Source: Phycisphaera mikurensis NBRC 102666 (GTDB lineage Bacteria > Planctomycetota > Phycisphaerae > Phycisphaerales > Phycisphaeraceae). Taken from it: a DNA stretch of 32,000 nt. The stretch is from positions 180,001-212,000 of the forward strand of contig NC_017080.1 of NCBI RefSeq assembly GCF_000284115.1, read 5' to 3'. Below the pieces are notes generated by a model. It was given only the letters and a program-made list of their open reading frames with translations. It was not told the DNA's origin and searched no databases. Shown here in pieces: positions 9,871-19,200 of this stretch (position 1 is its first letter; each line of letters opens with the position of its first letter). A program made the translations under genes and the position numbers.

Positions 9871-11046
<1,176 letters not shown>

Positions 11047-11215
11047 TCCGGGCCGCGGCGATCCCGGTCCGGGACCGACCACTCTTTCCGCCGCTGTGCA
11101 GCTGCCCGCCGGCCGCGGGCGGTGCGGTCGCGCAGCGACGCCTTTCTCGGGCGCTCGCCGCACCGGCTGCGCCCGTGGCCCTCCTGCCCGCCCTCCGCAA
11201 GCCCACCGGTCCGGG

Positions 11216-11476
11216 ATGCCGATGCACGCCCCCGTGACCCGACGCGTCGACCGCCTCACGCTCTCCGAAGGGCTCCAGCCGGAAGCCCGGCCCAGACGCT
11301 CCGGCACCGGCAGGCCCTGGATCGCGATCCGCTGGCGGTGCTGCGGCGCGTACAGCCGCGTCTACCGCGAGCCGTCCGCCACCTGCTACCGCGGCGCCTG
11401 CCCGCGCTGCGGCCACCCGGTCACGCTGCGGGTCGCTCCGGGGGGCAGCGACGCCCGCTTCTTCGAGGCGGGTTGA
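11216..11476 (+). CDS. Small zinc-ribbon-like conserved hypothetical protein
   Basis: IRWRCCGAYSRVYREPSATCYRGACPRCGHPVTLRVAPGGSDARFFEAG, with a paired-Cys pattern. Coherent stop just before the repeat cluster. Confidence 0.6.
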   Translation: MPMHAPVTRRVDRLTLSEGLQPEARPRRSGTGRPWIAIRWRCCGAYSRVYREPSATCYRGACPRCGHPVTLRVAPGGSDARFFEAG

Positions 11477-11515
11477 GCCGCGCCCCGTCGAGAACGACCC
11501 CCGGTGTCGGCACCG

Positions 11516-11834
11516 GCCCGGGTCCCACGCCGCTCGCGGGGCGGGGCGGATGCCCGGGTGCCACGCCGCTTGCGGGGTGCGGTGTCCGCAGTCCACGCGG
11601 CGGCGACGCCCGGGCGCCACGCCGCTCGCGGGGCGGGCTGTCCGCAGGCCACGCGGCGCAGATGCCCGGGTCCCACGCCGCTCTCGGGGTGGGGCTGTTG
11701 CCCGGGTGCCACGCCGCTTGCGGGGTGGGGTGTCCGCAGGACACGCGGCGAGTCCGCGCCCCCGCCGGCGCCTCCGCCGGCGCCTCCGCCGGCGTCGCCT
11801 CCGGCGACCGCCACCCCGCGAGCGGCGTGGCACC
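11516..11834. repeat. Cluster of imperfect-palindromic REP-like units: five direct copies plus one inverted copy
   Basis: GCCCGGG-NN-CCACGCCGCT-NN-CGGGG begins at 11516, 11552, 11608, 11664 and 11700 (spacing 36, 56, 56, 36). Inverted copy CCACCCCGCGAGCGGCGTGGCACC at 11811-11834. Confidence 0.85.
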
Positions 11835-11905
11835 GGCGGTGCCGAGCATCCGGGTCTCCCCTGGCCGCGTGCCGAAGGCCGAGCCCTCCAAACCATGGTC
11901 CGCGC

Positions 11906-12241
11906 CTACGCCCGGAAGTCGATGTGGTGGAAGGGCAGCGCGATCTGCCGCGGATCGGCCACCGGCCGGGGGATCGCCTCGCCCTCCTCGTCGGGGGCGT
12001 CGCCGCGGCCGTGGGCGGGCGTGTAGAGCAGCTCGTAGCCCGGCGTCGGCGGGTCGGGAAGCTCCTCGGCCGCCTCGCCCGCGGCCGAGGCCTCGGTCAG
12101 CTTCGCGGTCGAGAGGTCGATCGTGTCGGCGAGGTTCGCCTGCGCGGCCCGCTTGCGGGCGTCCCGGCGGGCGGCCACGCGTTCGGCGTTGAAAGCGGCG
12201 TTGGCCGCGGAGGCGGCGACGGGGTTGGTGAAGCTGCTCAT
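11906..12241 (-). CDS. Hypothetical small protein
   Basis: MSSFTNPVAASAANAAFNAERVAARRDARKRAAQANLADTIDLSTAKLTEAS... has plausible non-artefactual composition. Confidence 0.45.
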   Translation of the reverse strand: MSSFTNPVAASAANAAFNAERVAARRDARKRAAQANLADTIDLSTAKLTEASAAGEAAEELPDPPTPGYELLYTPAHGRGDAPDEEGEAIPRPVADPRQIALPFHHIDFRA

Positions 12242-12424
12242 TTCGTCCTCTCCGGATGAACCGGACCCGAACACGCTGTTCGGATCCTGAAAGGACTTCA
12301 TCGGACCGCCGGCCCCCGATGCGCCCGCGGCCGCGGGCGCGACTGAAGCCCGCGGGTTATCGGAAGCCTCTCCGGCAGGGTGGGTTCCCCGATCCGCTGG
12401 ATGACCCAGGCGGCAAGCGTCGCC

Positions 12425-13846
12425 TCACCGGATCGTGCCGTCGCTCATCAGCACCGCGCCGGTCGGATCCTTCTGCCCGCCGATCGTCTCCCACACCATC
12501 GGCTGCGGCCCGCCGCCGGAGGGCTTCTCGTAGAGGAAGCCGGGGTTGTCGCCAGTCCGCTGGTTGAAGAGCAGGCCGTCCATCGGGCCCAGCACCGTCG
12601 CGAGGTCCTCCAGCGTGTCGGGGAAGCCGCCGTGGCGCTGCTCGTAGAGCAGGAAACCTGTCGCCATCTGCCGCATGTTGTTCGCCGAGCCGAGCCCGCG
12701 GGCGTTCGCCCCGGCGCCCGAGAGCACGTCGAAGTAGGACAGCGGGTTGTTCGTGTTGATCTTCGGCGGCGGGGCCGTGCCCTGGGCGCGCTTGATCGGC
12801 GACGGGAGGATCTTGCCCGGTCGGGTCCCGCCGCCGACGACCGGGAGCGGGCCGGGCGCGGCGGCTTCCGGCAGCTCGATGGTCGCAAGCGTCCGGCCGT
12901 CCCGCTCGACGCGGTAGCGGCCCGCCGCGGGTGGCGCCCCGTCGGGCAGCACGAAGAGCCAGCCGCCGGCGGGTGCGGCCGGTGCCGCCCCCGCCCAGGC
13001 GAGTTCCGCACCGGCGTCGGCCGACACCTCCACGCGGGCCGCGTCCCAATCGAGCGACGCGGCGAGGGCCGGGTCCGCCTCGCTCGCCGCCGCCACCGTC
13101 CCGCTCGCCGAGGGCGCCAGCCCCCCGCCGACCGCCACCCTCACGCGGCCCGCGAAGCCGCCCGCCTCGTACATCGCCGTCGCCTCGGTCCGGCCGGGCG
13201 TGCCGTCGGCCTCCCGCTCGAAGACGCGGTCCGGCGGCCGCACCGGGAGCAGCGCCCGGACGCCCGCGGCCGCCGCCGGCGTGAGGTCAATCGTCACGGG
13301 GCTTGCCGCCGGACGCCACAACACCCCCGCCGCGGCCGCGCCGCCGGCCTCCGGGACGAGCTCGACGGGGCCGCCACCAGCGGGCGAGGGCTCGGCGTCC
13401 AGCTCCACCGCCACGGCGGCGCCCGCACCCGCCGCCCCGGCTTCGTCGCGGTGGAGCACGAGCAGCCGGCCGCCGGCCTCGAACAGCGGGAACACCCGGA
13501 CGGCCCGCGCGGGCGCGACCGATGCCCCGCCGAGCGCCCAGACGATCAGCAGGACGGCGATCAGCAGCCCCAGTGCGGCCGCGGCCGGACCCGCCCAGCG
13601 GGCGGGGCGGCCGACGCCCGGAGCCTCTCGCTCGCCTTTCTGACCGCCGCGGACCGCGGCCGTTTCGGCTCCGAGAGCGCCGCGGTCCGCGGCGGGCTCC
13701 GCGAGCACCCGCGTCGCGAGCGTCTCGCCGTCCCGCCGCCAGCCGCACGCGGTGCACAGCGCCGCCTCGGGCTTGATCGGCTTGCCGCACCGGCGGCACG
13801 CGGCGGCGTCGGCGCCGGTTCCTCTATCGGGGCTGTTCGTCCGCAT
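12425..13846 (-). CDS. Membrane-anchored protein with N-terminal zinc ribbon and DUF1559/pseudopilin-like C-terminal segment
   Basis: CRRCGKPIKPEAALCTACGWRRDG, then hydrophobic AAAALGLLIAVLLIVWALGG, then NMRQMATGFLLYEQRHGGFPDTLEDLATVL...VLMSDGTIR. The 5' end overlaps the lpxB 3' end. Confidence 0.65.
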   Translation of the reverse strand: MRTNSPDRGTGADAAACRRCGKPIKPEAALCTACGWRRDGETLATRVLAEPAADRGALGAETAAVRGGQKGEREAPGVGRPARWAGPAAAALGLLIAVLLIVWALGGASVAPARAVRVFPLFEAGGRLLVLHRDEAGAAGAGAAVAVELDAEPSPAGGGPVELVPEAGGAAAAGVLWRPAASPVTIDLTPAAAAGVRALLPVRPPDRVFEREADGTPGRTEATAMYEAGGFAGRVRVAVGGGLAPSASGTVAAASEADPALAASLDWDAARVEVSADAGAELAWAGAAPAAPAGGWLFVLPDGAPPAAGRYRVERDGRTLATIELPEAAAPGPLPVVGGGTRPGKILPSPIKRAQGTAPPPKINTNNPLSYFDVLSGAGANARGLGSANNMRQMATGFLLYEQRHGGFPDTLEDLATVLGPMDGLLFNQRTGDNPGFLYEKPSGGGPQPMVWETIGGQKDPTGAVLMSDGTIR

Positions 13847-15161
13847 CCACCAGCTCCTCCGGGGGGTCCGCGCCGGCCTCCACCACGCCCAGCAGCGCCT
13901 CGCAAGCCGCGGCGGCGAAGCCGACGCTGGCGAAGGCCTCCCGGATCCTGGCGAAGCCGTCGCGCTGGCGTTGCGCCGCCGGCGACCCCGGCTCCAGCAG
14001 CGGGCGCAGCGCGTCGGCGATCTCGGTGGTGCCGCCGAAGTGCGGGACGAACTCGGGGACGAGGCGGTCGGCGGGCCCGACCCCGCGACCGATCCGCGCG
14101 GCCGCCACCGTCTCCGCGTCGCCGACGACGCCCAGCCGCTCGGCGAGCAGGTTGGGCAGGCCGAAGGTGCGGGTCCGGATCAACGCCGGGGCCAGCAGCT
14201 TCCACAGCCACTCGGGCCCGGCCCGGTAGGCAATCACGTGCGGGCAGCCGCGCGACGCGGCCTCGAGCGTGGCGGTGCCCGAGACGACGACGGCGGCGTC
14301 CGCCCAGTCGAGCACCGCCGAGGCGTCGCCCACCGCGAGCCCCATCCGCGTGGGCAGCCGCCCGCCGGGGCTCGACCGCCGCAGCTGCTCCGCCCGCTCC
14401 CGGCTCGCCGCGGCCACGCCGACGACCAGGTCGGGGTGGCGGTGCCGCAACCGCTCGAAGATCTCCAGCATGTCCGGCCAGTTCTTCTGCACCTCGCTGC
14501 TGCGGGAGCCGGGGAGGAAGGCCAGCTTGAGGCCGCCCGCCGGCAGGTCGGCCGCCGCCGAGGCGGGCCGCGGCTCCAGCGCCGCGTCCTCGAAGAGCGG
14601 GTGCCCCACGAAGACGCCCCGCACGCCGTGCGCCGCCAGCCACGCCGGCTCGAAGGGCAGCAGGCACAGCACCAGGTCGCTGCCGCGCTGCAGCCGCCGC
14701 ACCCGCCAGCTCGCCCAGGCCCAAACCTGCGGGCACACGAGGTGGACGATCTTCGCCCGCGGTTGTCGCTTCCGCACCAGGTTGCAGAAGGACCAGTTCG
14801 CCGCGGGCGCGTCGCAGGGGATCAGCAGGTCCAGCGGCTCCCCGCCGAGCCAGTCCCGGACGAGCTTCTTCCGCCGGAGCAGCTCTCGGCCCTCGCGCAC
14901 GACCCCCGTCCCCACCCCCATCGCCGCGTGGCCGACCGTTTCCTCCAGCAGCTCCACCCCTGCCTCGGCCATCCTCGGTCCGCCGAGCCCGAAGAAGCGC
15001 CACCCCGGCCGCCGCTGCCGCAGCTCCCGCACCAGCCGCGCCGCCAGCACGTCCCCCGACGGCTCGAAGACCGTCAGGAGCACCCGCTTGGCGGGACCGG
15101 GTTCATCGCTCGGGCACACGCCCGGAGGGTACGACCCCGGCGGGCCCGGCACCCTCACCAC
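13824..15161 (-). CDS. lpxB: Lipid-A-disaccharide synthase (alternative GTG start at 15119)
   Basis: VLLTVFEPSGDVLAARLVRELRQ, FGLGGPRMAEAGVELL, VWAWASWRVRRLQRGSDLVLCLLPFEPAW, FVGHPLFEDAA, LAFLPGSRSSEVQKNWP. Confidence 0.9.
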   Translation of the reverse strand: MVRVPGPPGSYPPGVCPSDEPGPAKRVLLTVFEPSGDVLAARLVRELRQRRPGWRFFGLGGPRMAEAGVELLEETVGHAAMGVGTGVVREGRELLRRKKLVRDWLGGEPLDLLIPCDAPAANWSFCNLVRKRQPRAKIVHLVCPQVWAWASWRVRRLQRGSDLVLCLLPFEPAWLAAHGVRGVFVGHPLFEDAALEPRPASAAADLPAGGLKLAFLPGSRSSEVQKNWPDMLEIFERLRHRHPDLVVGVAAASRERAEQLRRSSPGGRLPTRMGLAVGDASAVLDWADAAVVVSGTATLEAASRGCPHVIAYRAGPEWLWKLLAPALIRTRTFGLPNLLAERLGVVGDAETVAAARIGRGVGPADRLVPEFVPHFGGTTEIADALRPLLEPGSPAAQRQRDGFARIREAFASVGFAAAACEALLGVVEAGADPPEELVDADEQPR

Positions 15162-15534
15162 CTCCCGAAGCCGCCCGCTGCCGCGGCGGGTCGAGCTCGA
15201 TGCCCCAGGCGGTCTCCCGCACCCGGGCGGCGAAGCCCGGGTCGGTCGCCTCCGTCAAATGGACGACGTCGACGAAGAACGGCAGGTGGCTCTCTTCGAA
15301 TGCGCCCGCCAGCGAAGCGGTGGTGGAGATGTCGACCCCGGCGCCGTCGACCCAGAGGTCCAGGTCGGAGGACGGCCGCGGCGTGCCCAGCGCCCGGGAT
15401 CCGAACAGCGCCGCGGCTTCCACCTCCGGGCGACCGCGGAGGACTTCCCGGACGATGGCCCAGTGCCGCGGGGCCAGCCCCCCCTCCGCCCGGTCGCCGT
15501 GGATCATGCGGGGTCGCGAACTACCGCGCATCAC
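15103..15534 (-). CDS. Minimal nucleotidyltransferase (MNT/MntA-like, putative antitoxin of HEPN-MNT pair)
   Basis: GSRALGTPRPSSDLDLWVDG matches the GSxAxG...(S)DxDL nucleotidyltransferase signature. Located directly after the HEPN ORF (alternative start 15507). Confidence 0.82.
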   Translation of the reverse strand: MMRGSSRPRMIHGDRAEGGLAPRHWAIVREVLRGRPEVEAAALFGSRALGTPRPSSDLDLWVDGAGVDISTTASLAGAFEESHLPFFVDVVHLTEATDPGFAARVRETAWGIELDPPRQRAASGGGEGAGPAGVVPSGRVPER

Positions 15535-15982
15535 CCGCCTCCTGCACCAACCGGTCGTGCAAGCGACGCAGCGCAGGGAGGAAGCGCTCTCCGATGACCC
15601 GCACCTCGCGGAGCAGCCCCTCGTCGCAGCGGTGCGAGAACTCGTTGCGCTTGTCCACCATCACGAGCAACGCTTCGGTGTCATGAGTCGACGCCCACCC
15701 CTGCTGGAGCGCGTGGCGGAAGGCCGCCTTGGGCGAACGCACCACCAGGCCTTCCGCGTCCAGCCGGTCCTTGACCGCCTTCCAGGCCAGCTCCGTGGTT
15801 ACCTCGAAGAAGTGGATGGCCGCGGCCGCCTCCACCTCCGAGGGCGACTCCGCCGCGAGCGTGTCGCCGAGCCGCTCGAGCATCCGCTCGAGGCCCGCCA
15901 AGCGCGGCGCGCCGCGGCCGGGAGCGGGTGTGTGGTCTGGTGCGTTCATGGCGTTGCCTCTGATCGGCGTGCCCTGGTTCAT
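15521..15982 (-). CDS. HEPN/HI0074-family nucleotidyltransferase substrate-binding protein (putative toxin of HEPN-MNT pair)
   Basis: IHFFEVTTELAWKAVKDRLDAEGLVVRSPKAAFRHALQQGW...VDKRNEFSHRCDE, which contains the Rx4H motif RNEFSH. ATG at 15982 (ATGA overlap with pdxH) or 15949. Confidence 0.85.
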   Translation of the reverse strand: MNQGTPIRGNAMNAPDHTPAPGRGAPRLAGLERMLERLGDTLAAESPSEVEAAAAIHFFEVTTELAWKAVKDRLDAEGLVVRSPKAAFRHALQQGWASTHDTEALLVMVDKRNEFSHRCDEGLLREVRVIGERFLPALRRLHDRLVQEAGDAR

Positions 15983-16647
15983 GGCGCCAGCCGCACCCGG
16001 CTCCAGCCCCCATCGCTGCGCTCGTACCGCAGCCGGTCGTGCAGGCGCGACGGCTGGCCCTGCCAGAACTCGATCGCCCGCGGCATCACGGCGTACCCGC
16101 CCCAGTGCGGCGGCCGCGGGACGTCGCGGCCGGAGAACTCCGCCTCCCGCCGGGCCTGCTCCGCGGCGAGGTGGCCGCGATCGGGGATGATCGACGACTG
16201 CGGGCTCACCCAGGCGCCGAGCTGGCTGCCGCGGGGACGCTGCGCGAAGTACGCGTCGTTCGCGGCGTCGTCGAGCTCGACCACGCGCCCACGCACCCGC
16301 ACCGACCGGTCGAGCGCATCCCAGTAGAAGACCAGCGCCGCCTCCGCCCGCGCCGCCAGCTCGTCGGCCTTCCGCGACCGCTTGTTCGTGTAGAAGCGGA
16401 AGCCGTCCTCCGGGCCGACGCCCTTGAGCAGCACCACCCGCGCGTCGGGCAGGCCCCCGGCGTCGACGGTCGCGAGCGTCATCGCGTTGGGTTCCTTGAT
16501 GCCGGCCTCCGCCGCGTCCGCGAACCACCGGTCGAACTGGACGAAGGGGTCGCCCGCGGCGGCCTCCTCGGTCAGCCCCGGCACCTCGTAGGGCTGCCGC
16601 ATTGCCGAAGGATCCGGCACGCCGCCGCGGACCGCGTCCACGCTCAC
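15979..16647 (-). CDS. pdxH: Pyridoxamine 5'-phosphate oxidase
   Basis: NAMTLATVDAGGLPDARVVLLKGVGPEDGFRFYTNKRSRKADELAARAEAALVFYW and EFWQGQPSRLHDRLRY. GTG start overlaps the rluB-like stop (GTGA); an internal ATG start is possible. Confidence 0.93.
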   Translation of the reverse strand: MSVDAVRGGVPDPSAMRQPYEVPGLTEEAAAGDPFVQFDRWFADAAEAGIKEPNAMTLATVDAGGLPDARVVLLKGVGPEDGFRFYTNKRSRKADELAARAEAALVFYWDALDRSVRVRGRVVELDDAANDAYFAQRPRGSQLGAWVSPQSSIIPDRGHLAAEQARREAEFSGRDVPRPPHWGGYAVMPRAIEFWQGQPSRLHDRLRYERSDGGWSRVRLAP

Positions 16648-17639
16648 GACGGGACCTCTCCGGTCCGCGGCGCCGCGTCCGCTCCGGCATCCACGCCCTC
16701 CGCCCGCCCCGCCGCCGCCGCCCAGGCGTTGCCGCCGCCCCGCGGCGGCCGGTTCCCCTCGCGCTGCGGCTTCCCCCCGGCGGCGCCGGAGGCCAGCCCG
16801 GCCGCTCTACGCAGCTGCTGCAGCTCCACCCGCTCCAGCGTCCGCCAGCTCCCGGGCTTGAGCCCTCGGATCCGCAGCGGCCCGAGCGACGTCCGCTCCA
16901 GGCGGTGGACGTTGAAGCCCAGCCGGGCCAGAAGCCGGCGGATCTCGCGGTTCTGCCCCTCCTTGAGCGTGATCGCCAGCTGCGTGCGGTGGCCGCGGGT
17001 GTGGTCGACCTCGTGCCTGAGGATCCTCACGCTCTCGACCGCGGCGCGGCGGGGAGCGATCTCGTGCCCGCGGTTCTCCAGCTGCCGGGCCCGCTTGCGG
17101 TCGGTCAGCAGCAGGCCCCTCCGCAGCCGGTCCGCGTCCTCGTTCTCCAGCTTGCCCCGCACCGTCACGCGGTAGCTCTTCTGCACGCCGTACCGCGGGT
17201 GCGTCAGCCGCTGCGTCAGCTCGCCGTCGTCGGTCAGCAGCAGCAGGCCCGTGGAGTCCGCGTCCAGCCGCCCGACCGGGAACAGCCGCACCCGCCCGGG
17301 CAGCCGCACGAGGTCGGTCACCGTCCGCCGGTCCATCCCCGGCTCGTCGGCGACGGTCGAGATGACGCCGCGCGGCTTGTGGAGCATCACGTAGTGCTTG
17401 CCCGCCGTGGGGTGGTTCGCCGCCGCCCGCCGCGGCCGCGCCACCTCCCGGCCGTCCACCGCGAGCCGGTCCTCCCGCGGATCCACGAACGCCGGCAGCG
17501 TCTCGACCCGGTCCCCGTTCACGGTCACCCGCCCCTCGGCGATCAGCCCCTCGCACGCCCGACGCGAAGCGACCCCCGCCTCGGCGAGCACCTTCTGCAG
17601 GCGGGGCCCCCGCTGCTTGTCGGTGTACGCGTGCTGCAC
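16644..17639 (-). CDS. rluB: Pseudouridine synthase, RluB/RsuA family, with S4 domain
   Basis: RLQKVLAEAGVASRRACEGLIAEGRVTVNG (S4), VGRLDADSTGLLLLTDDGELTQRLTHPRYGVQKSYRV, LKEGQNREIRRLLARLG. GTG start at 17639. Confidence 0.9.
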   Translation of the reverse strand: MQHAYTDKQRGPRLQKVLAEAGVASRRACEGLIAEGRVTVNGDRVETLPAFVDPREDRLAVDGREVARPRRAAANHPTAGKHYVMLHKPRGVISTVADEPGMDRRTVTDLVRLPGRVRLFPVGRLDADSTGLLLLTDDGELTQRLTHPRYGVQKSYRVTVRGKLENEDADRLRRGLLLTDRKRARQLENRGHEIAPRRAAVESVRILRHEVDHTRGHRTQLAITLKEGQNREIRRLLARLGFNVHRLERTSLGPLRIRGLKPGSWRTLERVELQQLRRAAGLASGAAGGKPQREGNRPPRGGGNAWAAAAGRAEGVDAGADAAPRTGEVPS

Positions 17640-17848
17640 GCGTTCAGGGTACGGGGCGCACGCGGACCGGCAGATCGCCGTCCCGCGGCGTCCGCACACG
17701 CCCTGGTCCGCGGCGACTTCCTTTGCCGCTGCCCGGGGGTGTGGCTGAGCGAAGCCGACGCGGTTGTCGCGCCGGCGGGCTCTGCCCGCCGAAGCCCGGA
17801 GCTCCTCGGGATTCGACTCGCGCAGCGTGCGCAGCACGCGGAGCGAAA

Positions 17849-18586
17849 TCAGCCGAACTCGTCCCCGCGGAAGGTCGAGCCCAGGTACGTCTCCCGCACC
17901 TTGGGGTCGTTGATGATCTCCTTGGGCGTGCCCTCGGCGAAGATCTTGCCGCTGCTCTGCACGTAGACCCGATCGCACACGCCGAGGATGTGGTGGACGT
18001 TGTGGTCGGTCACCAGCATCGAGATGCCCAGGTCGTCACGCAGCCGGCGGATCTCGGTCTGCAGCTCCTCGACGGCGACCGGGTCGACGCCGGCGAAGGG
18101 CTCGTCAAGGAGGATCAGCGTGGGGTCGGTGACCAGCGCCCGGGCGATCTCCAGCTTCCGGCGCTCGCCGCCGGAGAGCGTCGCGGCCTTCTGCTTCGCA
18201 TTCTTGGAGAGATCGAACTGCGCCATCAGCTCCGCCGCCCGCTGGCGCCGGGCCATCTTCGCCAGCGGCCGGGTCTCCAGGATCGCCAGCAGGTTCTGCT
18301 CGACGGTCAGCCGGCCGAAGACGCTGGGCTCCTGCGCCAGGTAGCCCATCCCCCGCTGCGCCCGCTCGTACATCGGCAGGGCCGACACGTCGTGCCCGTG
18401 GAAGCGGACGCTGCCGCCGTCGGGCGTGATCATCCCGATCGACATGCGGAAGCTCGTGGTCTTGCCCGCCCCGTTGCGGCCGAGGATCCCGACGATCTCG
18501 CCCTCCTCCACGGAGAAGCTCACCCCGTCCACCACCGTTCGCGGCCCGTAGGTCTTCTTCAGGTCGGTGGCGGAAAGCAGCGGCAT
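17849..18586 (-). CDS. lptB: LPS export ABC transporter ATP-binding protein
   Basis: GILGRNGAGKTTSFRMSIGMI, LSGGERRKLEIARALVTDPTLILLDEPFAGVDPVAVEELQ, MLVTDHNVHHILGVCDRVYV. Confidence 0.93.
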   Translation of the reverse strand: MPLLSATDLKKTYGPRTVVDGVSFSVEEGEIVGILGRNGAGKTTSFRMSIGMITPDGGSVRFHGHDVSALPMYERAQRGMGYLAQEPSVFGRLTVEQNLLAILETRPLAKMARRQRAAELMAQFDLSKNAKQKAATLSGGERRKLEIARALVTDPTLILLDEPFAGVDPVAVEELQTEIRRLRDDLGISMLVTDHNVHHILGVCDRVYVQSSGKIFAEGTPKEIINDPKVRETYLGSTFRGDEFG

Positions 18587-18747
18587 CGCGGCGAGAAGCT
18601 AGCCGTTGCTCCGCGACGCCGGATCCCGCCGCGAGAGAGGGGCCAGCACCCGTCCCCTCCGCTTCGACGCTTCACCGACCTCGCCGGGAACCTCGCCGGG
18701 GCCTGGGAACCTCGCCGGGGCCTGGACACCGACCTCTCCGAGCCCGT

Positions 18748-18818
18748 GAGCCGCCACATCCACGGAGTGGATGAGCCACCTGCCCGCCCCCAGGTGGCTC
18801 ATCGACTCCGTCGATGTA
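18748..18818. repeat. Palindromic repeat element copy 1 (perfect 13-bp arms, 8-nt loop at 18771-18804)
   Basis: GAGCCGCCACATCCACGGAGTGGATGAGCCACCTGcccgccccCAGGTGGCTCATCGACTCCGTCGATG. Confidence 0.85.
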
Positions 18819-18894
18819 GAAGCCGACCCCCACCCGAGGCAGCCCGCGTCCGCGACCGGGCGGGGTTCCCGCTTCCCGCTCCTCCGTCCGCCTG

Positions 18895-18960
18895 AGCCGC
18901 CACATCCATGGAGTGGATGAGCCACCTGCCCGGCCCCAGGTGGCTCATCGATTCGTCGGG
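18895..18960. repeat. Palindromic repeat element copy 2 (perfect 13-bp arms, 8-nt loop at 18917-18950)
   Basis: GAGCCGCCACATCCATGGAGTGGATGAGCCACCTGcccggcccCAGGTGGCTCATCGATTCGTCGG. Confidence 0.85.
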
Positions 18961-18972
18961 GCCTGGACACCG

Positions 18973-19174
18973 GGCTCGCCGGGGCCTGGACCCTGTCCGG
19001 GGGCTCGCCGGGGCCTGGACCCTGTCCGGGTGCCCCCCTCCACATCCGACGCGGATCGGACCGCTCGGGGCTCGCCGGGGCCTGGACCCTGTCCGGGGGC
19101 TCGCCGGGCTCGCCGGGGCCTGGACACCGTCCGGGTGCCCCCTCCACATCCGACGCGGATCGGACCGCTCGGGC
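18973..19174. repeat. Left array: four perfect copies of GGGCTCGCCGGGGCCTGG plus a 45/46-bp direct repeat
   Basis: 18-mer at 18973, 19002, 19069 and 19107. GTCCGGGTGCCCCC(C)TCCACATCCGACGCGGATCGGACCGCTCGGG at 19025-19070 and 19130-19174. Confidence 0.85.
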
Positions 19175-19200
19175 AGGTTGCGCGGACACCCGCGGCCTCG

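Noticed and set aside
11516-11834. Possible CRISPR array
   Set aside because: The repeats are imperfect and self-palindromic with two unit lengths and similar (not unique) inter-repeat sequence. No spacer-like diversity and no cas genes.
18748-19174. Possible CRISPR array or repeat protein
   Set aside because: Irregular spacing and mosaic unit sharing. The encoded frames (e.g. MSHLGxGRWLIHS) exist only because of the palindromes and lack domain support.
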